The position numbers and the translations under genes are program-made. A DNA stretch of 64,000 nucleotides. It comes from an uncultured Clostridia bacterium (GTDB lineage Bacteria > Bacillota > Clostridia > Christensenellales > CAG-917). Position 1 is the stretch's first letter. Each line of letters starts with the position of its first letter. The stretch spans positions 40,068-104,067 of the forward strand of contig CANQNQ010000003.1 in assembly GCA_947625225.1 (NCBI GenBank), in the 5' to 3' direction. Under the pieces are notes generated by a model. The model made no database searches and was not told the DNA's origin. It saw only the letters and a list, made by a program, of their open reading frames with translations. Shown here piece by piece: positions 27,769-38,066 of this stretch.

Positions 27769-30700
27769 TTAAGCGTCGATTGTGGAAATTGTGATGGTTA
27801 TCTCCTCCAGCACGTCCAGCAACACCTTGACGGTGTCCAGCGCGGAGAACATTGTCACATTGTTTTCCACAGCGCATCTGCGGATGAGGTAGCCGTCCGA
27901 CTCCTGCGAGATGGAATCTATGTCGCGAGTGCTTATCACGTAGTTGACGTAGCCCTTGCGGATGGAGTCCAGAATGTCGTTGGAGCCTTCGCTTATCTTC
28001 TTTTTCATCCTTGTACGGATACCATGCTGCTTAAGATAGTTAGCGGTACCGTGAGTAGCCTCTATGTTGAAACCGAGGTTGTAGAACCTGCGTATCAGCG
28101 GCAGTGCCTCCTCCTTATCCTTATCCGCAACTGACACGAATATGGTTCCGTAGTTTGCAACGTTCATACCGCTTGCCTGCAGCGCTTTGTACAGCGCGCG
28201 GGTGAGGCTCTTGTCGTAGCCTATCGCCTCGCCCGTGGACTTCATTTCGGGGGACAAATACGCGTCCAATCCCGCTATCTTGGAGAATGAAAACGCAGGC
28301 ACCTTGACGTACCACTTTTTCTTTTCGGGCGGATAAAGCTCCGTGATGCCCTGCTCCTTAAGCGATTTGCCCAAAATGACGCGCGTGCCAATGTCCGCAA
28401 GGCTCCAGCCCGTAGATTTTGACAGGAAAGGCACCGTGCGCGAGGAGCGCGGATTGACCTCTATCACGTACACTTTGTCGTCCTTGTCGACGATGAACTG
28501 TATGTTGTAAAGTCCCACAATGCCTATGCCCAGCCCCAGCTTTTTGGTGTATTCCAATATGGTCTGTTTCACTTGTTGCGACACCTGGAAGGTGGGATAT
28601 ACGCTTATCGAGTCGCCGGAGTGGATGCCCGTCTTTTCAACAAGCTCCATTATGCCCGGGACAAACACGTCCTTTCCGTCGCAAACGGCGTCCACTTCAA
28701 GCTCCTTACCGGTTATGTACTTGTCCACCAGCACGGGCTGTTTTTCGTCTATCTTGACGGCGGAGTCGAGGTAGATGCGCAGCGCCTTTTCGCTGCCTAC
28801 TATCTGCATCGCCCTGCCACCCAGCACGTAGCTTGGTCTCACCAGCACGGGATAGCCTATCTCAGCCGCCACCCTGACACCGTCCTCGACGTTGGTGACC
28901 GCCATGCCGCGCGGCTGAGGAATGTGGAGGGATTCCATCACCTTTTCAAACGCGTCCCTGTTTTCGGCGCGCTCTATTGCAGCGCAGTCGGTGCCTATTA
29001 TCTTCACGCCGTGCTCGTGTAGCCCCGCCGCGAGGTTTATTGCGGTCTGCCCGCCAAGTGAGGCGATTACGCCCTCCGGCTTTTCGAGCATCAGCACATT
29101 CATCACGTCCTCGACGGTTAACGGCTCGAAGTACAGTTTGTCCGAGCAAGTGTAGTCGGTGGACACGGTTTCGGGATTGTTGTTGATGATTATAGCCTCA
29201 AAACCACTCTCCTTTATCGTCTTGACCGCGTGCACAGTGGAGTAGTCAAACTCCACGCCCTGCCCTATGCGAATTGGGCCGGAACCAAGCACGACTATCT
29301 TGCGACGGTCGGACACTATGGACTCGTTTTCGCTCTCGTAAGTGGAGTAAAAATACGGCACGTAGCTTTTGAACTCGCTGGCGCAGGTGTCTATCATCTT
29401 GTATACGGGCATTATGCCGGCCTTTATGCGCGCCTCAAAAATGTCCTTTTCCTCTACATTCCAAAGTTTTGCGATATAGGCGTCCGAAAAGCCCATGCGC
29501 TTTGCCCTGAACAGTTGCCGCATATCGTTTGGCGCGGCGGCGAGAGCGCGCTCCATATCCACGATGTTCTTCATCTTTTGGAGGAAGAGCGCGTCTATCT
29601 TGGTGATAGCAGCCACCTGTTCCACAGTCACGTCGCGGCGTAGCAACTCCGCAATGGCGTACAGTCTGTCGTCGCGGCCCTCTCTGATATATTCCTCAAT
29701 CTTGTCTGAAGGAAGCGCGTCGAATTTGGGAGAGTACAGGTGCACAACGCCCACTTCCAGCGAGCGCACGGCTTTAAGCAGACTCTCCTCTATAGTCCTG
29801 CCCACGCTCATCACCTCGCCCGTCGCCTTCATTTGAGTGGACAGGCGGTTTGACACGGTGTTGAACTTGTCAAATGGGAAGCGCGCTATCTTTGTCACCA
29901 CATAGTCCAGCGTAGGCTCGAAGCACGCGGGCGTATTGGCAAGTTGAATCTCGTCAAGCGTCATGCCTACGGCGATCTTTGCCGAAACGCGCGCAATGGG
30001 ATAGCCGCTCGCCTTCGACGCCAACGCGGAGCTGCGGGACACGCGCGGGTTGACCTCAATGAGGAAGTAGTCGAATGACTGGGGATCAAGCGCAAATTGC
30101 ACGTTGCAGCCGCCCTCTATGCCAAGCGCGCGGATTATCTTCAGCGCCGAGTCGCGCAGCATATGATATTCGCGGTTGGTCAGCGTCTGGCTTGGCGCAA
30201 CCACCACAGAATCGCCCGTATGTATGCCAACGGGGTCGATGTTTTCCATATTACACACGGTGATGGCGGTGTCGTTTGAGTCGCGCATCACCTCGTATTC
30301 TATCTCCTTGAAGCCGCGGATGGACTTTTCCACCAGCACCTGATGCACGGGCGAAAGCATAAGAGCGTTTTTCATTATCTCCCTCAGTTCCTGCTCGTTG
30401 TCGGCAAAGCCTCCTCCGGTGCCGCCAAGCGTGAACGCCGGGCGCAGCACCACGGGATAGCCTATGCCCTTTGCCGCCGCGACGCCCTCGTCCATGGTGT
30501 GCGCAATTATGGATGGAAGCACGGGCTCGCCAAGGCGCATGCACAGCTCCTTGAACTTCTCTCTGTCCTCCGCCATCTCAATGGATTCGGGACTTGTGCC
30601 AAGCAGTTCCACAGAGCATTCGTCCAAAACACCCTTTTTATACAGCTGAACAGCAAGATTAAGTCCCGTTTGGCCGCCTATGCCGGGAACGATGGCGTCC

Positions 30701-30948
30701 GGGCGTTCGTAGCGAAGTATCTTTGCAAGGTACTCAAGCGTAAGCGGTTCCATATACACTTTGTCCGCGACGGAGGTGTCCGTCATTATCGTTGCGGGGT
30801 TGGAGTTTGCCAACACCACCTCGTATCCCTCCTCCTTGAGGGCGAGGCAAGCCTGCGTGCCCGCGTAGTCAAATTCGGCGGCCTGGCCTATGACGATTGG
30901 ACCGGAGCCTATGACAAGTATCTTTTTTATATCAGTTCTCTTGGGCAT
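27769..30948 (-). CDS. carB: carbamoyl-phosphate synthase large subunit
   Basis: 1059 aa. Begins [30 protein letters not shown], with duplicated ATP-grasp halves and an MGS-like C-terminus. Confidence 0.97.
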   Translation of the reverse strand: MPKRTDIKKILVIGSGPIVIGQAAEFDYAGTQACLALKEEGYEVVLANSNPATIMTDTSVADKVYMEPLTLEYLAKILRYERPDAIVPGIGGQTGLNLAVQLYKKGVLDECSVELLGTSPESIEMAEDREKFKELCMRLGEPVLPSIIAHTMDEGVAAAKGIGYPVVLRPAFTLGGTGGGFADNEQELREIMKNALMLSPVHQVLVEKSIRGFKEIEYEVMRDSNDTAITVCNMENIDPVGIHTGDSVVVAPSQTLTNREYHMLRDSALKIIRALGIEGGCNVQFALDPQSFDYFLIEVNPRVSRSSALASKASGYPIARVSAKIAVGMTLDEIQLANTPACFEPTLDYVVTKIARFPFDKFNTVSNRLSTQMKATGEVMSVGRTIEESLLKAVRSLEVGVVHLYSPKFDALPSDKIEEYIREGRDDRLYAIAELLRRDVTVEQVAAITKIDALFLQKMKNIVDMERALAAAPNDMRQLFRAKRMGFSDAYIAKLWNVEEKDIFEARIKAGIMPVYKMIDTCASEFKSYVPYFYSTYESENESIVSDRRKIVVLGSGPIRIGQGVEFDYSTVHAVKTIKESGFEAIIINNNPETVSTDYTCSDKLYFEPLTVEDVMNVLMLEKPEGVIASLGGQTAINLAAGLHEHGVKIIGTDCAAIERAENRDAFEKVMESLHIPQPRGMAVTNVEDGVRVAAEIGYPVLVRPSYVLGGRAMQIVGSEKALRIYLDSAVKIDEKQPVLVDKYITGKELEVDAVCDGKDVFVPGIMELVEKTGIHSGDSISVYPTFQVSQQVKQTILEYTKKLGLGIGIVGLYNIQFIVDKDDKVYVIEVNPRSSRTVPFLSKSTGWSLADIGTRVILGKSLKEQGITELYPPEKKKWYVKVPAFSFSKIAGLDAYLSPEMKSTGEAIGYDKSLTRALYKALQASGMNVANYGTIFVSVADKDKEEALPLIRRFYNLGFNIEATHGTANYLKQHGIRTRMKKKISEGSNDILDSIRKGYVNYVISTRDIDSISQESDGYLIRRCAVENNVTMFSALDTVKVLLDVLEEITITISTIDA

Positions 30949-32038
30949 CTTTGTTCACCTCCATCAAGCGGATAAATGCGTCAAACAGGTAACCCGAATC
31001 CTGCGGACCGGGCGCGCTTTCGGGATGATACTGCACCGAAAACACCTTGTGCGCGACGTCCTCCATGCCTTCCACCGTGCCGTCAAGCAGATTTACGTGC
31101 GTGACCTTCAGCGACGTGCCATCAAGACTGGACGGCACAACGGCGTAGCTGTGGTTTTGCGAAGTCATCTCTATCTTACCTGTCGCAAGGTTTTTCACGG
31201 GGTGATTGCCTCCCCTGTGGCCGAATTTCAGCTTGTAGGTATGCCCTCCTTGCGACAGCGCGATAAGCTGGTGTCCCAGACATATGCCGAACATGGGATA
31301 TTTGCCGTACAGCGCCTTGACCGTCGCGATGGTCTTTGTCACGTCCTCGGGGTCGCCGGGGCCGTTGGAGAGGAATATTCCGTCAGGACGCGCCTTTTCT
31401 ATCTCCTTAACGTCGGTATCGAAAGGCACCACCGTCACGTCGCAGCCCCTTGCGTTGAGATTGCGCACAATGTTCAGCTTCATTCCGCAGTCTATCGCTA
31501 CAACGTTAAAGCGCGCGTGCGGAGCGCGGCTGTACCACTTCTTTTTGCTGCTTACGCGTTTTACGGCGTCGTGCGGCACGGGAGTTTCCTCTATGAGGTG
31601 CAAGCCCTCCTCGACCGAAGTGTTTACGTCGCAAATGACGACTCTGCGGGAGCCGACGTCCCTTATAGAGCGGGTCAGCATGCGCGTATCCACCTCAGAC
31701 ACGCCGGGTATGCCGTACTCGTCAAGCAGCTCGGACAGCGTCTGTGCGCTGCGGAAGTTGGAGGGGCTGTCGTTGTAGTCCCTCACTATCAATGCGCCTA
31801 TGGTGGGCGTCTTTGTCTCGAAGTCGCCGTCCGCTATGCCGTAGTTGCCTATCACCGGATAGGTCATGACCACCGCCTGATCGGTGTATGAGGGGTCGGA
31901 AACTATCTCCTGATAGCCGACGACGGAGGTGTTGAACACTATCTCGCACACTCTGGGCAGTTTGTCCGCGCCAAAGCCCTTGCCAAAGTAGACGGTGCCG
32001 TCCTCCAAAATCAATTTTCTGTCGTAAGATTCGTCCAT
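30932..32038 (-). CDS. carA: carbamoyl-phosphate synthase small subunit
   Basis: Glutamine amidotransferase motif GICLGHQL. The start is set at MDESYDRK, with GGGAGG 7 nt upstream. Confidence 0.9.
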   Translation of the reverse strand: MDESYDRKLILEDGTVYFGKGFGADKLPRVCEIVFNTSVVGYQEIVSDPSYTDQAVVMTYPVIGNYGIADGDFETKTPTIGALIVRDYNDSPSNFRSAQTLSELLDEYGIPGVSEVDTRMLTRSIRDVGSRRVVICDVNTSVEEGLHLIEETPVPHDAVKRVSSKKKWYSRAPHARFNVVAIDCGMKLNIVRNLNARGCDVTVVPFDTDVKEIEKARPDGIFLSNGPGDPEDVTKTIATVKALYGKYPMFGICLGHQLIALSQGGHTYKLKFGHRGGNHPVKNLATGKIEMTSQNHSYAVVPSSLDGTSLKVTHVNLLDGTVEGMEDVAHKVFSVQYHPESAPGPQDSGYLFDAFIRLMEVNKDAQEN

Positions 32039-33201
32039 ACGGGCCTCCCTGATAAAGTCGTTTTCAAGCATCTGCCGTAAACCTGCATGCCGTCAAAGGG
32101 CGTCGCTCTGCCCTTGGACATGAATTTGTTTGGATCTATTGTATATTGCGCGCCAAGATCCCACTCGCACTCCCCCTCGACGGGGATGCCAAAGCGCTTT
32201 GAGGGCGCATAGCACATCAGCTCCGTCAGCCTCTCGAGCGTTATTACGCCGCCCTTTACGAGCGTTGTGTACAGCACGGGGAAGGCGACTTCCAGTCCCA
32301 CCACGCCCATAAGGCTGCTTTTAAGTCCGCGTGACTTCTCATCGGTGGAATGCGGCGCGTGGTCGGTGGCGACAATGTCTATAGTGCCGTCCTTTATGCC
32401 ATCTATAAGCGCTTCGCGGTCGCGCGCTGAGCGGATAGGGGGATTCATCTTGAACGCGCCGCTCTCCTTAAGCATGCTGTCGTCAAGCGCAAGATAGTGC
32501 GGAGCCGTCTCACAGCTGACGTCCACTCCCCTCGCCTTTGCCTCGCGTATAAGCTGCACGCTCTCTGCGGTGGATATGTGGCAGACGTGATATTTTGCGC
32601 CCGTGCGCTCGGCAAGCTTCAGATCCCGCTCTATCTGCCGCCACTCGCTCTCGGAGGAGATGCCGACATGCCCGTGTGCGCGCGCATACTCGCCGTCGTG
32701 TATATAGCCGCCGTGAAGCAGACTGTTGTCCTCGCAGTGCGCGACGATCATCACGCCGTTTTGCTTGGCAAGACGCATTGCCTCAAGCATCATATCCTCG
32801 CTCTGCACGCCCTTGCCGTCGTCGGAAAACGCGATAGCGCCCTCCGCTTTGAGCGCGGCGAAGTCGGTAAGACGCTCGCCCTTTTCGCCAACTGTTATCG
32901 TTGCGTATGGGTAAACTCTGACGTTTGCCGTGCGACGGATGATGTTGTTGAGATTTTTGAGGTTTTGCACGCTGTCCGTGGCGGGAGAGAGATTGGGCAT
33001 ACAGCAGACCGCCGTATAGCCGCCCGCCGCTGCCGCCGCAGTACCGCTTGCCACCGTCTCTTTATAAGAAAAACCCGGTTCTCTCAAATGCACATGCACA
33101 TCGATAAAACCGGGCAATTTGACAACACTGCTGTCATAAACGGGAGAATACGGCGCCTCTGCGCCTCTGCTGTTATAAAGCTGCTTAGCCGCTCGTTGCA
33201 A
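32011..33201 (-). CDS. pyrC: dihydroorotase
   Basis: Metal-binding motif PGFIDVHVHLREPG, later HVCHIST and ATDHAPH. TTG start after GGAGGTG. The N-terminal segment is shorter than usual. Confidence 0.88.
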   Translation of the reverse strand: MQRAAKQLYNSRGAEAPYSPVYDSSVVKLPGFIDVHVHLREPGFSYKETVASGTAAAAAGGYTAVCCMPNLSPATDSVQNLKNLNNIIRRTANVRVYPYATITVGEKGERLTDFAALKAEGAIAFSDDGKGVQSEDMMLEAMRLAKQNGVMIVAHCEDNSLLHGGYIHDGEYARAHGHVGISSESEWRQIERDLKLAERTGAKYHVCHISTAESVQLIREAKARGVDVSCETAPHYLALDDSMLKESGAFKMNPPIRSARDREALIDGIKDGTIDIVATDHAPHSTDEKSRGLKSSLMGVVGLEVAFPVLYTTLVKGGVITLERLTELMCYAPSKRFGIPVEGECEWDLGAQYTIDPNKFMSKGRATPFDGMQVYGRCLKTTLSGRPVWTNLTTEN

Positions 33202-33212
33202 ACCGCACCTCC

Positions 33213-33238
33213 AAAATAAGACCGCCCTGAGGCGGCGC
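33213..33238 (-). promoter_or_regulatory. terminator-like hairpin in the pyr operon leader (candidate attenuator)
   Basis: The minus strand reads GCGCCGCC-UCAG-GGCGGU followed by CUUAUUUU, running straight into the GGAGGTG Shine-Dalgarno sequence of pyrC. Confidence 0.5.
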
Positions 33239-33292
33239 TATTTGCATACATCGCGCGCGGCGTAACGCGCTCCCGCACGATATATTGATAAT

Positions 33293-33321
33293 GTTATAAT
33301 ATAATAATTCAACAAAGTCAA
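33293..33321 (-). promoter_or_regulatory. sigma-70-type promoter of the pyr operon
   Basis: The minus strand reads TTGACT, 17-nt spacer, TATAAC. Confidence 0.55.
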
Positions 33322-33339
33322 CTGTTTGAGGCATTTTGC

Positions 33340-33374
33340 AAAAAAATATCGGACCCGCTTTCAAAGCGGATCCG
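33340..33374 (-). terminator. intrinsic terminator after the EF-G paralogue
   Basis: Hairpin CGGATCCGCTT-loop-AAGCGGGTCCG followed by T7 on the minus strand. Confidence 0.75.
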
Positions 33375-33398
33375 ACAAAACATACATTGCGTTTGAAA

Positions 33399-35462
33399 TT
33401 ACTTCTTTGCCGCCTCTTCCTCACGCTTCTTGGCGTCGGCGATGATCTTGTCGTTGTAGTTGGAAGGCACTTCCTCGTATCTGACAAGATGCATATCAAA
33501 CTTGCCTCTGCCCTGCGTCATGCTGCGCAGATCCGTCGCGTAGCGGAACATCTCCGCCTGAGGCACTTCGACGGTGATGATCTGCTTGCCGTTTGCCATA
33601 TCCGTGCCGAGTATGCGACCGCGGCGCTTGTTCATGTCGCCCAGAATGTCGCCGAGGTAGTCATCGGGGACGGTGATATGTGCTTCCATGATAGGCTCCA
33701 GGAAGCAAGGAGAAGCGTCTGCGATACCTGCGTCATACGCCAGCTTTGCGGCGGTGATGAACGCGATCTCCTTACTGTCGACGGGGTGATATTTGCCGTC
33801 GTCCAGCGTCGCCTTGAGGTTGACAAGAGGATAGCCCGCCAGCACGCCGTGCTTTATAGCCTCGCGCAAGCCCTTTTCAACCGCGGGGATAAATTGACGC
33901 GGGACTGCGCCGCCCACGACTGCGTCCACAAACTCAAACTCGCCGTCTTCCGCGCCAGGCTCAAACTTGATCCACACGTCGCCGTACTGTCCTGCGCCGC
34001 CGGATTGCTTCTTATGCTTGCCTTCCTTGCGGGAGGACTTGCGGATGGTCTCGCGGTATGCGACTCTGGGCTCCTGCCAGCTGATGTCGATGCCAAGCTT
34101 TGCCTTGACGCGCTTGCACATGATGTCAAGCTGCGCCTCGCCAAGACCGCTGATGAGCACGTCGCCGGTCTCGATGTTCTTTTCCACCTTGAAGGTGGCG
34201 TCCTCTTCCTGCATCTTGATGAGGCCCTGTATAGCCTTTTCCTCGTCCTTCACGGCCTTAACCGCGTAGGAGATGACGGGTGCGGGGAAATCTATCTTTT
34301 CATATTCCAGCTTGTTGTCGGGAGCGGCAAGCGTGTCGTTGGTGTTGGAGTACACAAGCTTTGCCACGGCGCCTATATCGCCCGCCATGAGACCGTCGAC
34401 AGGCTCCTGCTTCTTGCCCTTGAGCACATACAGCGCGCCCATCTTTTCGGGCTTACCGACGGAGGTGTTGAACACCTGATCGCCGCTGGAGAGCTTGCCT
34501 TGATTGACTTTGAATATCAACAGTTTGCCCACGTACGGGTCAACGATGGACTTGAACACCTGCGCGCTGAATGGTGCGGACGCGTCCACTGCGATCTCCT
34601 TCTCCTCGCCGCCGACGATCGCGTGCGGTTTGTGAGCGCGGCCGGGATGAGGCATAAGGTCCACAAGGTTGTCCATCAATCTCTTGACGCCCTTGCTGGT
34701 CAGCGCGTTGCCCGCCATAAGAGGGATAAATATGTCGTCCGCAATTGCGGCGTGCAGACCCTTTTGTATCTCTTCTTCGGTGAACTTTTCGCCGTCGAAG
34801 AACTTCATCATCAGGTCCTCGTCCGTCTCGGCGATCATTTCCATCAACTTGCCGTTGTAGTTTTCAAGATCTGCGCTGAGCGCTGCGGGAGCGGCGATCT
34901 CCTTGCCGTTGAGGTCATAAGCCTTGCCGCCCAGCACGTCAACATAGCCGACCATTTTGCCGCCTTCCATGATGGGCAGCTCGATGGGCACGACGTTGTG
35001 GTATTTTGCCATTATGGCCTCCGCCGTCGCCTTGAAGTCGGAGTTTTCTTTGTCTACGGCGTTGATAAATATAAAAGCGGGGGTACGCTTTGCCGTGCAC
35101 ATTTCAAGCGCTTTTTCCGTGCCGACGGTCACCGAACCGCTTGCAGAAGTAACCACAACCGCGCTGTCCGCCGCATGCAGAGCGGCCGCCATCTCGCCCT
35201 CGAAGTCGAAGAAGCCGGGGACGTCAAGGATGTTGATCTTGGTGTTGCGGTGTATCGCATAACCAAGGGAGAGGGAGATGGATATCTTGCGCTTGATCTC
35301 CTCGTCGTCAAAATCCATTGTGGACGTGCCGTCGTCGACCTTTCCGAGGCGGTCGATCGTCTGAGTGGCGTACATCATGGCCTCGGCGAGAGAGGTCTTG
35401 CCTTCGCCGGAGTGCCCTATCAGTGCGACATTGCGGATAAATTCTGTGTTAAAAGTTTTCAT
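33399..35462 (-). CDS. elongation factor G paralogue (EF-G2-like translational GTPase)
   Basis: G1 motif GHSGEGKTS and G3 motif DVPG, with five-domain EF-G length (687 aa). The ATG has GAGG 6 nt upstream. Confidence 0.88.
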   Translation of the reverse strand: MKTFNTEFIRNVALIGHSGEGKTSLAEAMMYATQTIDRLGKVDDGTSTMDFDDEEIKRKISISLSLGYAIHRNTKINILDVPGFFDFEGEMAAALHAADSAVVVTSASGSVTVGTEKALEMCTAKRTPAFIFINAVDKENSDFKATAEAIMAKYHNVVPIELPIMEGGKMVGYVDVLGGKAYDLNGKEIAAPAALSADLENYNGKLMEMIAETDEDLMMKFFDGEKFTEEEIQKGLHAAIADDIFIPLMAGNALTSKGVKRLMDNLVDLMPHPGRAHKPHAIVGGEEKEIAVDASAPFSAQVFKSIVDPYVGKLLIFKVNQGKLSSGDQVFNTSVGKPEKMGALYVLKGKKQEPVDGLMAGDIGAVAKLVYSNTNDTLAAPDNKLEYEKIDFPAPVISYAVKAVKDEEKAIQGLIKMQEEDATFKVEKNIETGDVLISGLGEAQLDIMCKRVKAKLGIDISWQEPRVAYRETIRKSSRKEGKHKKQSGGAGQYGDVWIKFEPGAEDGEFEFVDAVVGGAVPRQFIPAVEKGLREAIKHGVLAGYPLVNLKATLDDGKYHPVDSKEIAFITAAKLAYDAGIADASPCFLEPIMEAHITVPDDYLGDILGDMNKRRGRILGTDMANGKQIITVEVPQAEMFRYATDLRSMTQGRGKFDMHLVRYEEVPSNYNDKIIADAKKREEEAAKK

Positions 35463-35635
35463 AAAGAACCTCAAATTTGGTGATATTAAAATTCTATAAT
35501 ATATTCAAACAAATTTCAACTGTTTTGCCCATGTTTTGGATATGAATTTTTTTAAGTCCCCGATTTTTTGCCGAAAATCGCACCCGCCATGCCGTATGTA
35601 GGCGCACTTTTCCCGAAAAAATCATATCATTTGGT

Positions 35636-36343
35636 ATGAGTATCATAGGCGTATACGACAGCGGCATAGGCGGACTTACGACCGCGGCGCAAATACTGAC
35701 GCAATTTTCAGGCAACGAGATCCGCTATCTCGCGGACAACCTCAACCACCCCTTGGGCAACAGAACGAGGGAGCAGATAATAAGTTGCGTCATGCCTGCG
35801 ATCGCATATCTCAAACGTAGTTGCGACGTTGTAGTTGTGGCGTGCAATACGGCGTCCTCCGCCATACCCGATGACATTGACGTTGTAAAATTGTTGCCTC
35901 CAACAGACTTTGACGACGGCATACCCACCCTGCTTATGGCGACGGAAGGCACTCTTGCCGCCTTGCGAAATATGGGAGCGCTGAGCGAAAACAATATTGC
36001 GATCGCTCATACGCCAAAGTTGGCTACTCTGATAGAGCAATGCGCCGATGGTATGGATTTTGACAAGACGCTGCCCTATCTCAAGAGGCAGTTGACCACG
36101 TTCCGCGGCGTAAAGCGCGTGGTGCTTGGGTGCAGTCACTACCTATATTGCAAGCGGCAACTACGCGATATATTGGGCGACGTGGACTTTGCGGACGGCA
36201 ACGATATAGTGTTACAAAAGCTCGGCGAACGCATATCACCCTCTGCTCAAAACACCAATAAAATCGGGTTTATGTTCACGGGCGAAGCGCAGTGCAAAAA
36301 GTACCGTTCGCTTATAAAAAAGTTGATAAACGAAAATATTTAA
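35636..36343 (+). CDS. murI: glutamate racemase
   Basis: Motifs DSGIGGL, ACNTAS and GCSHY. At 235 aa it is somewhat short. Confidence 0.85.
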   Translation: MSIIGVYDSGIGGLTTAAQILTQFSGNEIRYLADNLNHPLGNRTREQIISCVMPAIAYLKRSCDVVVVACNTASSAIPDDIDVVKLLPPTDFDDGIPTLLMATEGTLAALRNMGALSENNIAIAHTPKLATLIEQCADGMDFDKTLPYLKRQLTTFRGVKRVVLGCSHYLYCKRQLRDILGDVDFADGNDIVLQKLGERISPSAQNTNKIGFMFTGEAQCKKYRSLIKKLINENI

Positions 36344-36355
36344 TTTACATAAACG

Positions 36356-37210
36356 CTACTTTATCATACTGTTTATGGCGTTTGAAATGACGTTTGTGCA
36401 ATTTTTGACAAGATAGTCGATGTCCTTTGGCGTCACTTGCAGCGAGGACAAATTGTGTTCCAGAAGCTCGCTGCGCAGCCTGTACTCGTCAATATCATCG
36501 TCCGAAAAACAGTCTTTTACAAAGGAGTATATCGCCGTACGAAGGGACAGCATCAGTGGCACGCCGATGGCGATCGTGGGCGCCTTGAGCACGCTTTTGT
36601 CTATCCTTTCCTTGTCCTGTCCGACGCCGCTTCCGGGCGATATGCCCGCGGTGGATATCTGATAGGACGCGCCTATGCGTGAGGGCGTGCCGGTGGCAAG
36701 GCTGTCGATCAATATGACCGCGCAGGGCCGTATTCTCTCAGTAAGCGCGCTAAGCACCGTTGCCGTCTGCATGCCCGTCTGTCCAAGCACGCCGGGGCGG
36801 AACGCGCACACGCATTGCGAATAGCTGTCGCGCATATCCTGTTTGGAAATTTGCACTTTTTCCACCACCGCGCCTCCCAATGCGTCAGCGGATATTGATG
36901 AGTTGCCAAGCCCCACGACCAGCAGAGGGCTGCTGCGCTTCAGCGTGCCAAGCATGCGGGACAGCGTATGGGAGATATAACCCTCCAACGCGCGCCCGGC
37001 TCTGTCGTAGTCCGCCATATTTTGCGGGCAATCGTAGGTGACATACACCCCTCGCGGTCTCCCTATGCGCTTTGCAAGTTGCTCGTCTTTGATGTTCAGA
37101 GTCCTCTCCACAATGCCATAACTCAGCGATTTTGAGATCGCAAGCTCTCCCGCGCCGCAGTTTGAAGCCGCCTCTACAGCCATATCCGTGACGAAATGTG
37201 CATTTTTCAT
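36356..37210 (-). CDS. gpr: GPR endopeptidase (spore germination protease)
   Basis: Motifs VVGLGNSSISADALG and ILIDSLATGTPSRIGASYQISTAGISPGSGVG. Confidence 0.88.
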   Translation of the reverse strand: MKNAHFVTDMAVEAASNCGAGELAISKSLSYGIVERTLNIKDEQLAKRIGRPRGVYVTYDCPQNMADYDRAGRALEGYISHTLSRMLGTLKRSSPLLVVGLGNSSISADALGGAVVEKVQISKQDMRDSYSQCVCAFRPGVLGQTGMQTATVLSALTERIRPCAVILIDSLATGTPSRIGASYQISTAGISPGSGVGQDKERIDKSVLKAPTIAIGVPLMLSLRTAIYSFVKDCFSDDDIDEYRLRSELLEHNLSSLQVTPKDIDYLVKNCTNVISNAINSMIK

Positions 37211-37322
37211 ACGTTTATTATGAGAGTCAACAAAAAATCAATGCGAAAACGGTTGCAAGTTTTTTCAGATTATGCTAAGATATCTAAGATATTGAGACAG
37301 AACATAATACGAGGAGAAAAAT

Positions 37323-37595
37323 ATGCCTAATATTAAGTCAGCAAAAAAGAGAGTCGTCACCTCTGAAAAGAGAAACGAGATCAACACCGCCAAAAAGTCA
37401 CGCGTCAAGACCGCCATCAAAAAGTACAATGCCGCAATAGAGGCAAATGACGTTGCGCTTGCCGAAAAGCTGTTGCCAGAGACTATGTCCGTGATAGACT
37501 GCGCATTCAAAGACGGTCTGTACAAGGCAAACACCGCCGCAAGGAAAAAGGCGACACTTTGCCGCTCCTTGGACAGGATCAAAGCAGCAAAATGA
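37323..37595 (+). CDS. rpsT: 30S ribosomal protein S20
   Basis: Begins MPNIKSAKKRVVTSEKRN. 90 aa. Confidence 0.95.
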   Translation: MPNIKSAKKRVVTSEKRNEINTAKKSRVKTAIKKYNAAIEANDVALAEKLLPETMSVIDCAFKDGLYKANTAARKKATLCRSLDRIKAAK

Positions 37596-37614
37596 TTTTT
37601 ACAGCAACGTGTTG

Positions 37615-37640
37615 AGGACTGCTCGACGCAGTCCTTTTTT
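37615..37640 (+). terminator. intrinsic terminator after rpsT
   Basis: Hairpin AGGACTGC-loop-GCAGTCCT followed by T6. Confidence 0.8.
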
Positions 37641-37659
37641 GATATATAAATATAAGATT

Positions 37660-37983
37660 ATGGCTATAACAGTAAATATATATTATACCGGCAAGGATAG
37701 CGCCGCAAAAAAGTTTGCCGAGGAAATGCTATCAAGCGGCATTGTCGGGCAGATACGCGCCGAAGAAGGCAATTTGCGTTATGAGTACTTTCTCCCCGTC
37801 GACGATGACAACACCGTCCTGCTTATCGACAGCTGGCAGGACCAACGAGCTTTGGACATCCACCACGCCTCACCCATGATGGATCGCGTCGCAGCGCTTC
37901 GCGACAAGTACGACCTGCACATGCGAGTGGAGAGATATGTCTCGGACGAATCGCCAAACGACAGTAAATTTATCCGAAAATAG
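37660..37983 (+). CDS. antibiotic biosynthesis monooxygenase (ABM) family protein
   Basis: 107 aa ferredoxin-like fold pattern: ITVNIYY...EGNLRYEYF...LLIDSWQDQRALDIH. Confidence 0.7.
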   Translation: MAITVNIYYTGKDSAAKKFAEEMLSSGIVGQIRAEEGNLRYEYFLPVDDDNTVLLIDSWQDQRALDIHHASPMMDRVAALRDKYDLHMRVERYVSDESPNDSKFIRK

Positions 37984-37992
37984 TCAAAAAAA

Positions 37993-38019
37993 GATATCGC
38001 GCTGCGGTATCTTTTTTTT
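37993..38019. terminator. bidirectional terminator between convergent genes
   Basis: Hairpin GATATCGC-GCT-GCGGTATC flanked by an A-run and a T-run. Confidence 0.6.
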
Positions 38020-38066
38020 ACAATTTGATATTTTATATACACAAACTTACAACTTAAACGACTTTT

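Noticed and set aside
33336-35483. 715-aa ORF on the plus strand
   Set aside because: It is antisense to the EF-G paralogue, has low-complexity Arg/Leu/Val/His composition, and is a shadow ORF.
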